Assembly (NCBI GenBank): GCA_039621445.1
Contig: CP154954.1
Coordinates: 4,392,714-4,456,713 of the forward strand
DNA: 64,000 nt
Direction of reading: 5' to 3'
DNA from: Euglena gracilis
Lineage: Eukaryota
In this document: positions 62,182 through 64,000 of the stretch, in pieces
Layout of the letters: every line of letters starts with the position of its first letter
Numbering within the stretch: position 1 is the stretch's first letter
Notes under the pieces: generated by a model
Told to the model about the DNA's origin: nothing
What the model saw: the letters and a program-made list of their open reading frames with translations, nothing else
Databases searched by the model: none
Translations under genes and position numbers: made by a program

Positions 62182-64000
62182 GTTGATGCACTGGCCAACA
62201 CCGAAAACCAGGGGATTCTTTTTAAGACCGGGGGGGAGGGGTGGGGTACACCCCACCCACCCACCCCCCGGTCCCCCCCCCTGGGATGGGGGTCCCGGGG
62301 GACCACAAAAAAATGCCAAAAATCGCGAAAAGTGCTAAAAATAGCACTTTTTCGGACGACTTCTTGACTTTTGGAATCCGTGTCTTTGGAGCATTTGGGG
62401 CCCAACACCATGCATATTCGAAAGAACTCTCGAGGTGTAATTGATTGATTCTCATTTCAAAAAAAAAAACTCTCAAAAAAACAGGGGCAGATTCTCCAGC
62501 ACAAAAGGAGGCGACAATCACCTGGGACACAGAGAAAAAAAAAGAATGAATGAGAGCACATCCTATAGCTATCCCCCTCAGGGCGTAGCCCGCAAAGCCC
62601 CCCTTCCGGGACCAAACTCCAAACCTATGCTGATTGGACTGCAAAACCTGAACCCTAAACTGAACTGAACTGAGCTGAACCCAAGCCCAAAACAAAAAGG
62701 CATTTCCAGCCAGTCAGCCGCTGCCAGATGTGTTGCTGGCGCTGGAGATCAATCTTCCTCTGAAACGATTTGCTGACGCAAACCCGAAAACCTAAACCCA
62801 AGCCCAGAGTGGTGTCCTGAGCCCGAACCCATGAACGAAAACCCGACACTGCATTTCCAAATCAACGCCATCCGCGCCCTTGGTACCACAAATGTCCAAC
62901 TCCAGTCGGTTACGTCAAACAACCACAACCCGAACATGCGACGTTCACTCGGAGCCCAGGGCGCAATGGTTTCCGACTCCGCGCAGACACCTCGGCACTG
63001 CTTTGCCAGCCGGAGCGGGTGTCAATGAGCCTAAATGGATGCTCAAATACTCGGTGGTGAAATGTGACAGTGTCAGGCACATTAAGGGAAATCCTGGGGG
63101 GAAGTCGGATCCCCCAACCAGGCTTGTGCTTACCGACAGGGGGGGTAGGTGCTATATGGTGCCTGCCCCTAGCTTGCACACCCTCCCGGGGGGGGGGGTC
63201 CCCGGAGACCCAGAAAATTTTCCTTGAGAATGGCCTTTTCCGGGCCCCCGGGGCCTTTGGCACCGGGGTCGGAGGGGGTGACTGCTATGGGCAGGCACCC
63301 CCAGGAGGGGGGCGCCTGCTACGGGCAGGCACCCCCAACTACCCCCCAGGGGGGGGGGGGGTCGGACGGGGTGCTATAGGGTGTCTGCCCCTAGCAGCCC
63401 CCCTCCGTGGGGTAGCCACCCGACTAAGCACAAGCCTGCCCCCAACACAGAGTAGGGGGAGATCCCTTTCTCAACACCGACGAGGGCACACAAAACAGTT
63501 CGGTTCAGAAGGCGGCCGAGGGTAAAAATGCCTGCACAAATTGGACGAAATGTCCATGAAAAGTATTTTGACACAACCAGAAAATTTCAAAAAAATGTAA
63601 CCACTCACCAGGTAACTGTCCTCATAAATACAGTGCTGAGAGAGAGCAGTTCCCAAATGGATCCGAACCATGGAGAAAAATATGTTGTTTATGGACTCCG
63701 ATACAAAAAAAACCGAAAAAAAATATTTTTTATGACACCAGACACTGATTTTCAACCTGGGGAATGCATTTTCTTAGCAAAAAGTGCGATTTTTTTTTGA
63801 AAAATTGGTGTCAGGAGTCAGCATGCAAGGGGGATCGGATCCGGTGGGATCAAAGGTTCTCCTGGCCGACAGGTTATTGAAAAGAACCCCCAGAAGGAGG
63901 GCCTTTCAGGCGACGGGCATGACCCGTCACATGGGTCGCTGACAGCTTCACGAACCACACACCCTCAACACAAGGACACGGCCACCATCACCCGCCCCGG

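Overview
Eukaryotic nuclear DNA, very probably from a euglenid (Euglena-like). Short GC-rich exons are separated by long, repeat-filled introns, and canonical GT-AG introns are mixed with 'nonconventional' ones (N3-CAG ... CTG-N5, base-paired ends, no AG). By hand I can reconstruct five intron-rich genes, all on the minus strand: an RS-rich RRM protein resembling PUF60 (runs off the left edge), an F-box protein, a PH-domain protein, a Lys-rich protein with a possible degenerate RRM, and a long alpha-helical protein of unknown function. The rest is MITE-like elements (8-bp-TSD CAG..CTG type, TA-TSD Tc1/mariner type, TTAGGG-containing foldbacks), a Tc1/IS630-type transposase HTH fragment, and microsatellites. 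Main observation: several nonconventional introns equal an inverted-repeat element plus one copy of an 8-bp target-site duplication (3 nt at the 5' end + 5 nt at the 3' end). One of them is a whole copy of a MITE family that also occurs as an ordinary insertion with a perfect 8-bp TSD, which suggests a hAT-like 'introner' system. All exon boundaries are manual inferences without RNA evidence. The long microsatellite ORFs in the supplied track are artefacts.
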